From positions 1-64,000 of IMG/VR virus record IMGVR_UViG_3300032214_001462: a stretch of 64,000 bases of DNA; one strand, 5' to 3'. Below, piece by piece: positions 1-9,843 of the stretch (position 1 is its first letter; every line of letters starts with the position of its first letter). The position numbers were made by a program, and so were the translations under genes. A model generated the notes under the pieces. That model saw only the letters and a list, made by a program, of their open reading frames with translations. It ran no database searches and was not told where the DNA came from. Origin of the DNA: a virus.

Positions 1-629
1 CCAAGCCATTCAATATCAAACCAAAGGATCTGAGCCTTGGTGATGTCAAGCGTAAAACCAGATGGACCGTTGCCATCCAGTTTGTCAATGTTCCAATTAG
101 CTTGTGCAACCCGTGTTTCAGCAAGGCTTCCACTCACTGAACTGCGTTCGACCAGTGCCGGACCTGTTGTACCACTAACCTCTAGGTACATACCATTGGC
201 AGCACCGTAGTAACCAATGCGTTGCCGCAGGTTGGCCTTTGCAGGATTCATTACAAAGGTCGACATAAACAACAGGGATTTCCCTGGTTGGTATGAACAA
301 ACCTTGTTGGTTTCCCTGATGATTTCAGAGCCAGATGCCGTAGTTACATTCAGATCAACAAGCCCTTCGTTTGCATTAAATGCAAAGGTAGCACCTGTGC
401 CACTGGAAGTAGACCACAAACCATTGTCGTTATAGCGATGGCTTGAATCAAAGAGAGTTAGAGGTGCTGATACACGCGTACGCCCAAAGGCATCACCTGC
501 CATGCCAGCAGGTTGAACGTAAGTATTAGAACCGCTTGCTGTAGTTACTTCTAATGGTTGTCCACTACATGTCTTTACTTTTATTACTTCATATAAAAGT
601 GGTTCACCTGCTTCTCTATAAATCGGCAT
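1..629 (-). CDS. Conserved phage protein with DAFGRxRVS motif (partial, runs off window)
   Basis: Manual translation from ATG at 629: MPIYREAGEP...GDAFGRTRVSAPLTLFDSSHRY; absent from the ORF track because no stop lies in the window. Confidence 0.7.
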   Translation of the reverse strand, partial: MPIYREAGEPLLYEVIKVKTCSGQPLEVTTASGSNTYVQPAGMAGDAFGRTRVSAPLTLFDSSHRYNDNGLWSTSSGTGATFAFNANEGLVDLNVTTASGSEIIRETNKVCSYQPGKSLLFMSTFVMNPAKANLRQRIGYYGAANGMYLEVSGTTGPALVERSSVSGSLAETRVAQANWNIDKLDGNGPSGFTLDITKAQILWFDIEWL

Positions 630-633
630 TTGA

Positions 634-873
634 CTAATTACTATTTCCTTTCCTTATTATGTCAGCCCTCCACTTTGCATGTAGATGCCCATATTGTTTT
701 GGCTCTGTGACCAGAACATTATTTGCCCCACAAACTTGGCATTCGCCTTGACGATAAGTTGGATAGTTATAAGGCGGCCCAACGTAAGAACCTTTTTTAT
801 ACCAGGTTCCATAGTTTTCACCACAGGATTCACAAATCCATTTTGGATATTCAGGATCACTTTCTCTCAACAT
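634..873 (-). CDS. Hypothetical Zn-finger protein
   Basis: Two CxxC pairs (CESC, CQVC); in operon orientation. Confidence 0.6.
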   Translation of the reverse strand: MLRESDPEYPKWICESCGENYGTWYKKGSYVGPPYNYPTYRQGECQVCGANNVLVTEPKQYGHLHAKWRADIIRKGNSN

Positions 874-875
874 AT

Positions 876-1223
876 TTATGTAGCTGTGTGATAACGCAAC
901 AAATCAACAAGTTCCCTGGAGCGCTGATATTCTTTTTCAGCTCCTTTCATTTGTTCAGCTGCTGCTTGATAGAAAGCTTTATAAAGGTCTTTACCAGATA
1001 GTTCGTATTGATACTCTGCAAGTGTGTCAGAGAAATGTTCTTTTGCTTTTTCAATCCACATTTCTTTTGCTTTTTGTTCGTCAAACATTTTTGTTGTTTC
1101 ATGCATGTTTTCTCTGGATTCTTTTGTGACCAATGGCTCATCCATGGAAGCAACGACTCTGTTTTTTCTGTACCAATCCTGCCATTCCTTGATTGCGTGA
1201 ACAGGTTCGTGAGTTGTATCCAT
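876..1223 (-). CDS. Hypothetical protein
   Basis: 115-aa ORF tightly packed in the leftward operon. Confidence 0.65.
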   Translation of the reverse strand: MDTTHEPVHAIKEWQDWYRKNRVVASMDEPLVTKESRENMHETTKMFDEQKAKEMWIEKAKEHFSDTLAEYQYELSGKDLYKAFYQAAAEQMKGAEKEYQRSRELVDLLRYHTAT

Positions 1224-1227
1224 GATT

Positions 1228-1259
1228 AAAAAAGACGTACCACTAGTGTGGCACGTCTA
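1228..1259 (-). terminator. Rho-independent terminator
   Basis: Minus strand AGACGTGCCAC-acta-GTGGTACGTCT followed by a T-run. Confidence 0.6.
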
Positions 1260-1286
1260 AACATAAAAGTGTGTTCAATGTAAACC

Positions 1287-1535
1287 TTAAGAAACAGGCT
1301 CGAGTTTGCCTTCTTCGTAAAGACGGACTGCATCCATCATTTCGAAGTAACGATCACGCATAACGGGACCAGCTTCTCGAACGCAGAACTCTTGCCAAAG
1401 ATTGGTATAGAGACCAACTACACCGGGCCCACCCTTGGCACGACCCGAGCACTGATACATGTGCTCCATGAAATCAGCCTTGCGCTGTTCTGCTTTTGCA
1501 TCCCAGTCAGCAAGGTATTCAGTATTCATTGTCAT
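1287..1535 (-). CDS. Hypothetical protein
   Basis: ORF track; ATGA-type overlap with upstream gene. Confidence 0.6.
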   Translation of the reverse strand: MTMNTEYLADWDAKAEQRKADFMEHMYQCSGRAKGGPGVVGLYTNLWQEFCVREAGPVMRDRYFEMMDAVRLYEEGKLEPVS

Positions 1536-1729
1536 GAGTCTTCAGTGTCGAGTGAAGTGCATTTAGAGCAGACGCCTTGGACTTGCTCTAGCTCAAATAA
1601 CATATCATGGATCTCATCTTGTAATGAGTCTGCAATTTCATTGGCAGTTTTACCGCCAAATGAATTATATGCAACTTCGACATCAACCTCAAAAGAGAGG
1701 GTTAATTTCGGAACTGCTACTGTTTTCAT
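1532..1729 (-). CDS. Small acidic hypothetical protein
   Basis: ORF track; 4-nt overlap with next gene. Confidence 0.6.
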   Translation of the reverse strand: MKTVAVPKLTLSFEVDVEVAYNSFGGKTANEIADSLQDEIHDMLFELEQVQGVCSKCTSLDTEDS

Positions 1730-1764
1730 CTAAAGGATTTATAACTTGCTTATATTAACAGCAA

Positions 1765-2109
1765 TTAGAAGAAACCTAAGTATTTACCGGCAATTGCATT
1801 TTCTAAATTTGTGCCGTTATAGTTTCCAAACGATTGTGCCAAAGTACCAAGTGCGCCATCCAGAACCTTCTGGCTTAGGTTTGATTCTTGTGGGGCACCA
1901 AAAGAATTACGGACGTTTTGATAATCTTGAATTGCTTCAGATAATGCATCTATATCAAACGCCCCTGTCCTTGAAGGTATTGGACCAGCTTGTTCAGAAA
2001 TGTTTTCAAATGCTCTCCGATACTTAGCTTGAGAGCTTTGGTCGTAGGCACTTCCACTATTACCCAGGAAGTTCCAGCCAGTTTCCGCGTTGTAACCTAA
2101 GCTATTCAT
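1765..2109 (-). CDS. Hypothetical protein
   Basis: ORF track, operon packing. Confidence 0.6.
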   Translation of the reverse strand: MNSLGYNAETGWNFLGNSGSAYDQSSQAKYRRAFENISEQAGPIPSRTGAFDIDALSEAIQDYQNVRNSFGAPQESNLSQKVLDGALGTLAQSFGNYNGTNLENAIAGKYLGFF

Positions 2110-2116
2110 TTGCCTA

Positions 2117-2374
2117 TCACAGTAAACGTTCTAAGGAATGCGCTTGATGGCTCTGGTAATAACCAAGACGTTGTTGAATGATGTTGTAGTAATTAATTGC
2201 AGCATCTACCATTTCTTCTGCATCCATTGACGCAGAAAGATTTTCATTAGCAAGCATTGCTGCTGTCAAGATGACAACACCATGCTCCATCTTGGAACCA
2301 ATGGTTGCAGAAAGAGGAGTTCCATCGTTGGTAAATCCAGCGATTAATTTATTAAGGACTGAATCGCCGCCCAT
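2117..2374 (-). CDS. Hypothetical protein
   Basis: ORF track; upstream AGGAG and TACAAT on minus strand. Confidence 0.65.
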   Translation of the reverse strand: MGGDSVLNKLIAGFTNDGTPLSATIGSKMEHGVVILTAAMLANENLSASMDAEEMVDAAINYYNIIQQRLGYYQSHQAHSLERLL

Positions 2375-2408
2375 GGAACTCCTAATGCTTTAACTATTGT
2401 ACTAGCAC

Positions 2409-2757
2409 TTACTTACTAGCCTTCTCGCGTTGCAGGTAATACCAGTAGGCATTAGATGCATTCTGGTGAAAGCGTTTACCTACCAAAAGCTTAAGCTTTT
2501 TTTCTTCAAGATCACCGTGCTCATCGAGGTGGTAAGGAATAACCTCACCATTTTCTTTAAGCATCTCCAGCTGTAGACCATTCATCTCCAGCTGTAGATC
2601 AAAGTCTTTGATGGCATGATCATGGCAGCTCATCTTGATGCGTGCATCATCTGTATCAGTTGGAGCTGGAATCTTCTCGTAAAAGCTCGCTTGGATACTC
2701 GGATGGTACCACTTCCATCCTTGGCTCTCCAAAGATTCGCTTGGAGCGGACTGCATA
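2409..2757 (-). CDS. Hypothetical protein (start uncertain, overlaps Gp157 3' end)
   Basis: C-terminal part of ORF 2409..3014 fills the gap; an internal Met near 2757 is the likely start. Confidence 0.5.
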
Positions 2758-3369
2758 TTCTTGGACGACTTTGACACCGCTAGGGAGTTGTCGACCTTCT
2801 TGATAGGCGTTGCGTATGGCATCGAGGTTAGGGAGGACTTTAGTGGTTGTTTTTGGTTCAGTTCTTTCGTCAAGAACTTCTCCTGACATTGATCGTAATA
2901 CAACTCGCTTGGTTGTGGTTGTTGTTTCTTCAACGCAATAAAGTTCTCTTTCTTTAGTGTGCCAAAACTCTGGGTCCGTGGCGATCTCGACGGTGAGTTC
3001 TTTCTTTTTAACAAGGGTAAACTGGTAATTACGGCCTGTGATTTTATTCGAATCCAAAGGCAGGACTCGACGTAAATAATTTAGCAAGCCTTTTAGTGAT
3101 CTGAGCTGCGCTTCGTGATGACGTTTTGCTTGCGTTACAAGCTCCGTTTCTTTTTTGATGCGCTCCAAAGCATCCTCGTGGGACGCCATTGCGTAATAAA
3201 TTGCATCGACTTTTTCAGATCTAAGATTTGCACATGCTTCCAGCTCTGCTTTAACCAATTCCTCAGATTGAGGAGTGAGAAAAGGCAATGATTTTTCAAG
3301 AGCATTGTAGTGCTCGTAAAGTTTCAGAACATTTAAGCTTTTAAGTTTAACTTGAGTTACTTGGTTCAT
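2656..3369 (-). CDS. Siphovirus Gp157-like protein
   Basis: Coiled coil with EKVDAIYY...RSLKGLLNYL and C-terminal PNLDAIRNAYQEGRQLPSGV pattern. Confidence 0.7.
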   Translation of the reverse strand: MNQVTQVKLKSLNVLKLYEHYNALEKSLPFLTPQSEELVKAELEACANLRSEKVDAIYYAMASHEDALERIKKETELVTQAKRHHEAQLRSLKGLLNYLRRVLPLDSNKITGRNYQFTLVKKKELTVEIATDPEFWHTKERELYCVEETTTTTKRVVLRSMSGEVLDERTEPKTTTKVLPNLDAIRNAYQEGRQLPSGVKVVQEYAVRSKRIFGEPRMEVVPSEYPSELLREDSSSN

Positions 3370-3371
3370 GA

Positions 3372-3485
3372 TCAGTTGAATTTTGATTGAAGTTTGTTAA
3401 ACAAATAAGTAAGGGCTATGCCTGCGGCAGCCCACAAAAAGTCTTTAACAATGGGAAGTACGGCAGCAAACAAAGATTCAAACAT
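3372..3485 (-). CDS. Small membrane peptide (37 aa)
   Basis: Manual translation MFESLFAAVLPIVKDFLWAAAGIALTYLFNKLQSKFN; preceded by CTCAACTC leader and motif A1. Confidence 0.65.
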   Translation of the reverse strand: MFESLFAAVLPIVKDFLWAAAGIALTYLFNKLQSKFN

Positions 3486-3504
3486 GAGTTGAGATGAGAT
3501 GGAT

Positions 3505-3532
3505 TGGTCAGTTTTACGTCGTGACCAGGACG
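3505..3532 (-). ncRNA. Pseudoknot motif A, copy 1
   Basis: CGUC-C-UGGUCA-C-GACG-UAAAAC-UGACCA. Confidence 0.75.
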
Positions 3533-3569
3533 CCCACACCCCCGTGGAACAGCAAGTCTACCAGCTCTG

Positions 3570-3926
3570 TCAAGCCTTGGCTGTCGGCTTGGTCAACTCA
3601 GAAATGTAGTTGGTAAGAGCTTCGACCTTAGCGTTCACGGATTGAATCTCAGCCATCAGCTCCTCCCTGGAAGGGGTCAAGCCAAAGATGTCATTGTCTT
3701 TGATGGCTTCAGGGTTGTTGCTCTTTTGGTACCGGCGGCAATCATCGTTGGTTGCATAGACAGTCTCTTGATACAAGTCAAGAACTGTTTTGAAATCAAC
3801 GCTACCCGCACCTTCGGCACTAAGTATGTTGCAAGTTTTCAAATAAAGCTGGGCAGCAAAACGAATGTTGTCTTCAAAGAACTCCTCGTACTGTTCAGAA
3901 GGAAGGCCGTAGGTGTCAATCGACAT
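3570..3926 (-). CDS. Hypothetical protein
   Basis: ORF track; ATG start at MSIDTY. Confidence 0.65.
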   Translation of the reverse strand: MSIDTYGLPSEQYEEFFEDNIRFAAQLYLKTCNILSAEGAGSVDFKTVLDLYQETVYATNDDCRRYQKSNNPEAIKDNDIFGLTPSREELMAEIQSVNAKVEALTNYISELTKPTAKA

Positions 3927-4101
3927 AACAATCCAAAGCTTTTCGGAGTGAATCAATAATAAAGGTTTCTTGAGCTTGTGGACCTAAGTCGGTCCACCAC
4001 TGGAGATCAGGATCTGTTTCATCCCAATCTATTTGGATTAATGGGCTACCATCTTCTTCTTCAATAAAATTAATTTTTAATTTGTAAAAAGAATCCTGCA
4101 T
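3916..4101 (-). CDS. Small acidic hypothetical protein
   Basis: ORF track. Confidence 0.55.
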   Translation of the reverse strand: MQDSFYKLKINFIEEEDGSPLIQIDWDETDPDLQWWTDLGPQAQETFIIDSLRKALDCYVD

Positions 4102-4110
4102 CTGAAGTAA

Positions 4111-5049
4111 TTACTTTTTAATAGCAGCTTTCAACTGAGGCAATGCTGTACCAGGGAATGGGACGTAGCCAGCCTCCATCATGTTGAAGAAGAGATCCCA
4201 TGCATCATGCTGTGTAAAGATCTCCCTTGGTTTGTAAGTACGCCAATGACTCAAAGGTGCTTGTGCACCTGAGTTTGTGTATAGCAATACAAAGCGCCCA
4301 TCGCTGATGTGATCAGACGGTGGTGCATACCACCAGGCAACACACTTTTCAGGTGTGCCACTGGGACTGGAGTTACGTGCTTCTGTCCGCTTACAAAGCA
4401 ATTCCCTGTACTTATTGAACCAAGTCAAGTGGATGCACCATGGCCGGAAGCCTTGGATCTCGGACGCAAAGTCAGATAGGTTGCTGAGCTGACGCTGATA
4501 CGACCCACACGAACACCAAGGGTCACCCATGACAGGTGCTTCTTCCTCAGTCCCCATGTCGCTGTCAAGATCAATGGGCCGATTCGGAAGACGCAAACCG
4601 TCTGGTGCAATGAGATGACCAAGATCTGTTTGATCCGACTGCAGAAGTGCTGTGACTTTTACTGGATCTGACAGATGTATGAATTTGTCAGCCCAATGAG
4701 CCTGAAGCTGGGCATTAGAAGTCAGGTGTCCGAGTGCGTGCGTGTAGTTCCAGCCCTTAAAAAGAATGTAAGCATTGTTATGCCATACACTAGGGCCACG
4801 ATAATTAGGGCCAAGGTAAGAAAAGAAATCTTTGAGACGGTTTGTGTAACTACTATAAGCAGCTTTGATTAACTGCCTGTTGTAAGTCTGCTCGCTACCA
4901 TCAGAACGCACCACAAGGCAATTGTCATCTCGCAGATAAATGCCAGTGATTGAGGTGTCATCAAAATCCTGGAACGCACGACGGATATTAGTCCGTGTGT
5001 AAATCGAGGCTTGAGCTTGGTTGAGTTCGAGTTGAGTTTGGAGTGACAT
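4111..5049 (-). CDS. SWIM-type zinc-finger protein
   Basis: CSC...CIH (CxC-xn-CxH) signature. Confidence 0.65.
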   Translation of the reverse strand: MSLQTQLELNQAQASIYTRTNIRRAFQDFDDTSITGIYLRDDNCLVVRSDGSEQTYNRQLIKAAYSSYTNRLKDFFSYLGPNYRGPSVWHNNAYILFKGWNYTHALGHLTSNAQLQAHWADKFIHLSDPVKVTALLQSDQTDLGHLIAPDGLRLPNRPIDLDSDMGTEEEAPVMGDPWCSCGSYQRQLSNLSDFASEIQGFRPWCIHLTWFNKYRELLCKRTEARNSSPSGTPEKCVAWWYAPPSDHISDGRFVLLYTNSGAQAPLSHWRTYKPREIFTQHDAWDLFFNMMEAGYVPFPGTALPQLKAAIKK

Positions 5050-5067
5050 GATTGGAGTTGAGTTGAG

Positions 5068-5259
5068 TTAGCGGTTGAGCCAGTAGTCCTGTTGGGCCTT
5101 TTCCTCCTTTGCTTTTTGGTAAGCACCCTTAGCCATCCTATACGATCCATAGATCACGGCAGCCCATGCGGCTGGAGAAGGAAGCAGTAACGCAGCAGCT
5201 GCTGTGACCAGTGCTGTTGCGCCACCTACTTTAAGCGCAGCTTTTTTCTCAGGTTTCAT
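5068..5259 (-). CDS. Small membrane protein
   Basis: Hydrophobic Ala-rich helix; start at MKPEKK. Confidence 0.55.
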   Translation of the reverse strand: MKPEKKAALKVGGATALVTAAAALLLPSPAAWAAVIYGSYRMAKGAYQKAKEEKAQQDYWLNR

Positions 5260-5339
5260 GTTAGAAATCCTTAACACAAATGGAAACTTTTAATCAAGTT
5301 TAGTAACAGTCTTAGAATAATTTGAAATACTTGGAACTC

Positions 5340-5546
5340 ATGTTGCAATTTGAAATGAGTCCAGAGGAAGCATTCTGGCAGGAGAAGATGATACGTTCAA
5401 TTAATGATTGCAATTCAATGAGTGAGTTAAAGGAAATGGCAATCCTCTTAGCGAAGATTGCCACGATGCGTCAAGTTGCAATCAAAGGATTAGTCAAAGA
5501 TGCTATGGATCTGATGGGTAAACAAGTCCATAGCATCTCAGATTAA
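5340..5546 (+). CDS. NblA-like phycobilisome degradation protein (divergent)
   Basis: Two-helix pattern MSPEEAF...INDCNSMSELKEMAILL...RQVAIKGL; own TAGAAT box at 5313. Confidence 0.45.
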   Translation: MLQFEMSPEEAFWQEKMIRSINDCNSMSELKEMAILLAKIATMRQVAIKGLVKDAMDLMGKQVHSISD

Positions 5547-5547
5547 A

Positions 5548-6648
5548 TCACAGACTGCTGTCTTCACCCGTGAGTTCATCACGTGCAGGCAATGCTTTCA
5601 CATCAACTGCATCTGTGGTACGGGATACGGGAAGAATCTGTACACCATCTTTGATTCCATAAGCACCACCAAGACGTTGTGCGTCTTGACGAGAATGTTG
5701 ATTGATGTAATCTTCAAACATCTCTTGGTACTTCCAAGTCGACTCACGATCTTCATCAGGAATCGAAAGACGATTCAGTGATTCGACCGCATCCTCTTGG
5801 CTGCTGTAAGCAGGAATCTCAAAGGATTCAATTGCACAGATCTCAACGTTGTTTGCACCGCGCATCTCATTAGCAAGCACTGGCACAAATACCGTGGTTG
5901 CATAGAACTTTTCGTTAAAGGCAAGCGGTACTTCGGAATCCAGTGCTTTGCTCAGGCACTTAGACATTTCCTTTTCATACAGCTTAACTTTATCTGAAAC
6001 ATCTGTACCATTAAGACCCTTAAGTGTAAGCACCATCGGGATCTTATGTGCACGCTTGTTATCTTCCGTGAGAATATAAACAAGGTACTTGGTACGTACG
6101 CTGTACTTACGCTTGTACATCTCACCTTTGCTGTTGGCAAGATCAGATGCAATCTTGTCGTTCTCAAACATTGCCTTCACCTCTGGATCTTCAAAGGTGC
6201 CAATCGTTTGACGCATACCAGTTGTTTCTTCCACCATCAGTGGAGAACGCAGCAGGATTTGCACACGAGGCTCAGTGAAATTCAAGCCTTCTTCAATGGA
6301 AGTATTAGGTGCCATACCAAAGGTTTGCTTGTAATCCCAGATGACAGAGCCTTTGGTGAACTGATCTTCAGTTGCATTCCAACCGCAAGTATCTAGATCA
6401 GATTTACGAACAAACCAACCACGTACCTTTGATTTATTTAAAGGCTGGATGGTAACAAGATTCTGGTAGCCAGAGACAAACTCTTTGGCTTGGAAAAGTT
6501 TGAAGGAATCAAGCCCACGAGTTGCAAGGGCAGACGTTTTTTTGGCAGTCATTTTGTTAGATGCTTTCAGAGGAGATGCGGAAGTTAGTTCAGATTCGAG
6601 TTCATCCATCCAGGAATCACTCATCATGTCAGTCGGAGTTGCTGTCAT
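5548..6648 (-). CDS. DUF5895-like protein (cyanobacterial family, SSB-associated)
   Basis: RSPL, RTKYLVYIL and HKIPMVLTLKG motifs. Confidence 0.55.
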   Translation of the reverse strand: MTATPTDMMSDSWMDELESELTSASPLKASNKMTAKKTSALATRGLDSFKLFQAKEFVSGYQNLVTIQPLNKSKVRGWFVRKSDLDTCGWNATEDQFTKGSVIWDYKQTFGMAPNTSIEEGLNFTEPRVQILLRSPLMVEETTGMRQTIGTFEDPEVKAMFENDKIASDLANSKGEMYKRKYSVRTKYLVYILTEDNKRAHKIPMVLTLKGLNGTDVSDKVKLYEKEMSKCLSKALDSEVPLAFNEKFYATTVFVPVLANEMRGANNVEICAIESFEIPAYSSQEDAVESLNRLSIPDEDRESTWKYQEMFEDYINQHSRQDAQRLGGAYGIKDGVQILPVSRTTDAVDVKALPARDELTGEDSSL

Positions 6649-6667
6649 GGTTTTTTCTTAGCAAAGA

Positions 6668-6695
6668 TGGACAGTTTAACGTCATATCCAGGACG
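6668..6695 (-). ncRNA. Pseudoknot motif A, copy 2
   Basis: CGUC-C-UGGAUA-U-GACG-UUAAAC-UGUCCA. Confidence 0.75.
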
Positions 6696-6715
6696 ATCTA
6701 TTTAATTGTTTTATT

Positions 6716-6937
6716 TCATTCAATTTCCAACTTTGTTTTTTGTAACGAATCAAAGTAAGAATCAGATGATTCTCGCATTGCTTCAAAGATAGTGCTTTCG
6801 ATATAGCCACAACCCTTGAGGAAATAAACAAGGCGTTGGACTACATCATCAGCAACTACAGCTTTGAACTCATGCAGTACTTTGTTGTTTTCATCTTCAT
6901 AAAGAAGAGTGAATTGATCGTGAGTTGGGAGTGACAT
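6716..6937 (-). CDS. Hypothetical protein
   Basis: Common phage pattern HEFKAVV...VQRLVYFLKGCGY. Confidence 0.65.
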   Translation of the reverse strand: MSLPTHDQFTLLYEDENNKVLHEFKAVVADDVVQRLVYFLKGCGYIESTIFEAMRESSDSYFDSLQKTKLEIE

Positions 6938-7755
6938 CAGAATGGAGGTTCATCAGAGTCAAAGTTGGGAGCACTACCGTATTGACCAGGGAGGTCAGGC
7001 AGGCCACCACCTGAGGTTTGTGTCCAAGGATCCGTTGATTCCTCAACGCTCTTGCCACCCCAAAGGCTAGCAACGCTATCTGTTGATGCCACTGTTGTTT
7101 GCGGTGCCACAGATTTCGTTTGAGACTCAGTGTTCTTTGGTGCCAATGTCATCTGCACCAACTGAATCTTTGTAATACTGCGCCGCTGCTGGGACTCCTT
7201 ATCAGTCCATGCATCAGTAACAAGACGCCCACGAATGGTGATGCCTGTTCCTTTGCGTGTGAAATTAAGAAGAAGTTCAGCTTGATTTAATTTATCTTGT
7301 GCACTATTGATCGCATAGAAGTTAAACAGATCTGCTTGATTGCGACCTGTGTTAACACAGATAGTTTGGTTTGTAATCATCAAACCATCTGCTGTTGTTT
7401 TGAATGCGCGTGAATCAGTTTGGTCAATATCTTTAATGCAACGACCCGTCAAGATCACGTCGTTGAGGACAGGGAATGCTTCAGTAACTTGAGCAATAAC
7501 TCCTCCATGGAGCGAGTACGCTTTTGATTCGAGATCAAACCGTAGCTTGGCGCCGTGAATGTAGACACGGTTTCCTTTGTCAAACTCTTTGAATTTGTCG
7601 CAGGCTTTCCCGTAAACATGGAAGGTCAGAACAGTCGGAGCTTTGTTGCCAACAGGCGGAAGCATAACTTCCGCACAGAGATTAGATGATGTTGCACTGG
7701 TGTATACCTCACGAGGCTTCTCGTTAAGGATGGCGCAAACGTCAACGTAATTCAT
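6937..7755 (-). CDS. ssb: Single-stranded DNA-binding protein with tandem OB folds
   Basis: VILTGR, KGTGITIRGRLVTDAWTDKE and acidic C-terminal DEPPF. Confidence 0.8.
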   Translation of the reverse strand: MNYVDVCAILNEKPREVYTSATSSNLCAEVMLPPVGNKAPTVLTFHVYGKACDKFKEFDKGNRVYIHGAKLRFDLESKAYSLHGGVIAQVTEAFPVLNDVILTGRCIKDIDQTDSRAFKTTADGLMITNQTICVNTGRNQADLFNFYAINSAQDKLNQAELLLNFTRKGTGITIRGRLVTDAWTDKESQQRRSITKIQLVQMTLAPKNTESQTKSVAPQTTVASTDSVASLWGGKSVEESTDPWTQTSGGGLPDLPGQYGSAPNFDSDEPPF

Positions 7756-7775
7756 GAGATCAAATGTGAAGTGTT

Positions 7776-7803
7776 AAAGCAGTTTAACGTCATGCTTAGG
7801 ACG
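7776..7803 (-). ncRNA. Pseudoknot motif A, copy 3
   Basis: CGUC-C-UAAGCA-U-GACG-UUAAAC-UGCUUU. Confidence 0.75.
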
Positions 7804-7808
7804 TTTCA

Positions 7809-9671
7809 TTAGTGGGTTTGTGACCAGTTGGATCCTACACGAGAATCGCCTTCAATCTCGCATTGAAACCCAAAGAATTTCTGGGCTTGCGGAAAGGCAA
7901 GCATAGCTTGATCACGAATCGCCTCAGTGTATTGAGGCTTACAAACTAGTTGAACTTCGTCATGAACCATCAACACTTGTTCCCAGTTTTGGCCATGGGG
8001 CAGCTTGAGTGCTGATTCAATATTGTTATGAATGTTAATAACAACTTGCTTCATAAGGATTGCACCTGCTGATTGCAACAATACATTCAATCCTTTGAAA
8101 GAAGATCTGCAATGCAAGATACGTTTATCTAAGCCAATTAAATAACCTCTATGCGAAATATTATTTTCAATTTGTTCTTTTAATTTCTTCAATGCAGGCA
8201 CTCCCTTCATGAATGAATTAATTGCAGTTCTTCCTAGCTGTCTAAGAACTTCTTCATCCTTTTCATTTGGATCAACAATTGTGCCGGCTTTTAAATGGCC
8301 AGCACCGTAGAGGACTGCATAAAGTAAACGCTTGCTAATATCCCTGGTCTCAACACCAAAACGTTCTTGGTTATACACGTGGATATCAATCTCTGGATCT
8401 GTAACAACACTTGCGTATTCACCTCGATCCCAGAAAGCCAAGTAACCAGCAAGGCAACGCAACTCTAGTGCTTTGGCATCAATGCCAATCATCTCCCATC
8501 CTTGTGGTGCATGAAACAACGAGCGGCATTCTTTGCCATAAGGTGAATAGCCTGCTGGAACCTGGCCCATATTTGGGTACTTGTGAGCACAACGACCAGT
8601 GATGCAGCCAGAAGTAACAACGTCACCGTGCATTCGACCAGTATCATTGTTAACCAACTTGAGCCAAGAGTTGTTTCCATCTGCGATTTGGCCAAGACGT
8701 TTTTTGATTAGCATGTATTCTGCCAGAGGTTTTGCCTCAGGGAAAGGCAGTTGCTCTAGTACTTCATCATTAAGAATTGGATTTCCTTTCTCAGTTGTTT
8801 TTTCTGGTTGCCATCCGTACTTAACCTTAAGTCGATCAACAATTTGGTCACGAGATCCAGGATTGAATTCTTCGTATCGTACTTTTTCAAATGGTACTCC
8901 TTTGATGTAGCCACGATTTTTATTGTTGACTCTTGGTACAAACCAGGTGCGATGTTCAATTGGTGGAAATATTTCTTTTAGATGTGCTTCAAGTCCTGTT
9001 TGTTTTGTTCGTAGATCATCCACGAGATCAAGACATGCATCCACATCAAAAGGAATACCTGCCCTAATTTGTTTGTTAATCGCAAGAGCAAAGTCGTGTT
9101 CAAGTTTAAGAGCTGATTCGGAATAGTTTTGATTGACGATATGTTCCCAAAGCTTTTTTGTAACTGCAACGTCTTGCTTGCAGTAGTCAAGCATCTCTTG
9201 AGAATATTCTGAGAAGTCCTTGAAGTCGATCTTATGGTCGGCCAATCTCCATCCCCACGCCTTAAGCGATGCGGATCCACGCAGGTTCGGTGGAACCTCC
9301 GGATATTGTTCGATGTCAAGGTCATAGAGTTTTTCCTTAGGCCAAATCAATCGTGTGCAGATGAGTGTGTCAATGATGCGTGTTTTGCAGTCAAATGAAT
9401 GCAGCTTTTGCAGAACAGGACAGTCATAGAAACAAATGTTATGGCCAATCAAAACATCAGCGGTTGCCAGATGAGCAATAGCGTTAGCAATGCTGTCAGG
9501 CCCATAGCTAAAAGTTTGATTGGCTGTGATGTCATGGATGACTAGGCAATGGATTTTAGTGACCTTGTCATAGAGACCATCTGATTCAAGGTCAAATACT
9601 AGGTACCGATCATTTACGGAACCTGGCTTCAGTTTGAATTGAGAGTTCTTTACAGGCAAGGTCTTCGTCAT
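7809..9671 (-). CDS. polA: DNA polymerase family A, T7-like (3'-5' exonuclease plus polymerase; Tyr at the 762-equivalent site)
   Basis: ExoI FDLESDG, ExoII GHN, ExoIII YCKQDV, motif A DAKALELR, motif B KRLLYAVLYG, motif C VHDE. Confidence 0.95.
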   Translation of the reverse strand: MTKTLPVKNSQFKLKPGSVNDRYLVFDLESDGLYDKVTKIHCLVIHDITANQTFSYGPDSIANAIAHLATADVLIGHNICFYDCPVLQKLHSFDCKTRIIDTLICTRLIWPKEKLYDLDIEQYPEVPPNLRGSASLKAWGWRLADHKIDFKDFSEYSQEMLDYCKQDVAVTKKLWEHIVNQNYSESALKLEHDFALAINKQIRAGIPFDVDACLDLVDDLRTKQTGLEAHLKEIFPPIEHRTWFVPRVNNKNRGYIKGVPFEKVRYEEFNPGSRDQIVDRLKVKYGWQPEKTTEKGNPILNDEVLEQLPFPEAKPLAEYMLIKKRLGQIADGNNSWLKLVNNDTGRMHGDVVTSGCITGRCAHKYPNMGQVPAGYSPYGKECRSLFHAPQGWEMIGIDAKALELRCLAGYLAFWDRGEYASVVTDPEIDIHVYNQERFGVETRDISKRLLYAVLYGAGHLKAGTIVDPNEKDEEVLRQLGRTAINSFMKGVPALKKLKEQIENNISHRGYLIGLDKRILHCRSSFKGLNVLLQSAGAILMKQVVINIHNNIESALKLPHGQNWEQVLMVHDEVQLVCKPQYTEAIRDQAMLAFPQAQKFFGFQCEIEGDSRVGSNWSQTH

Positions 9672-9843
9672 TGTTGTTAATCCAAGTCAATATCTGCTGC
9701 GCACCCGCTCGATAGGGATGAGAGAAGATCTTGTTTAAAGCTACATCTGAATCTAGCGGAATCAATTCGAATTTATTAGTCTCGCTGTTTGCAGTAATGG
9801 CATGTGGTCGGCCCCACTGCCAGCAGGAAATGATGTAACTCAT
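9610..9843 (-). CDS. Hypothetical protein
   Basis: ORF track; overlaps polA start. Confidence 0.55.
   Translation of the reverse strand: MSYIISCWQWGRPHAITANSETNKFELIPLDSDVALNKIFSHPYRAGAQQILTWINNNDEDLACKELSIQTEARFRK

Noticed and set aside
217-1733. Plus-strand ORFs over the leftward arm, and similar short antisense ORFs elsewhere
   Set aside because: They overlap better-supported genes on the opposite strand and have no recognisable features
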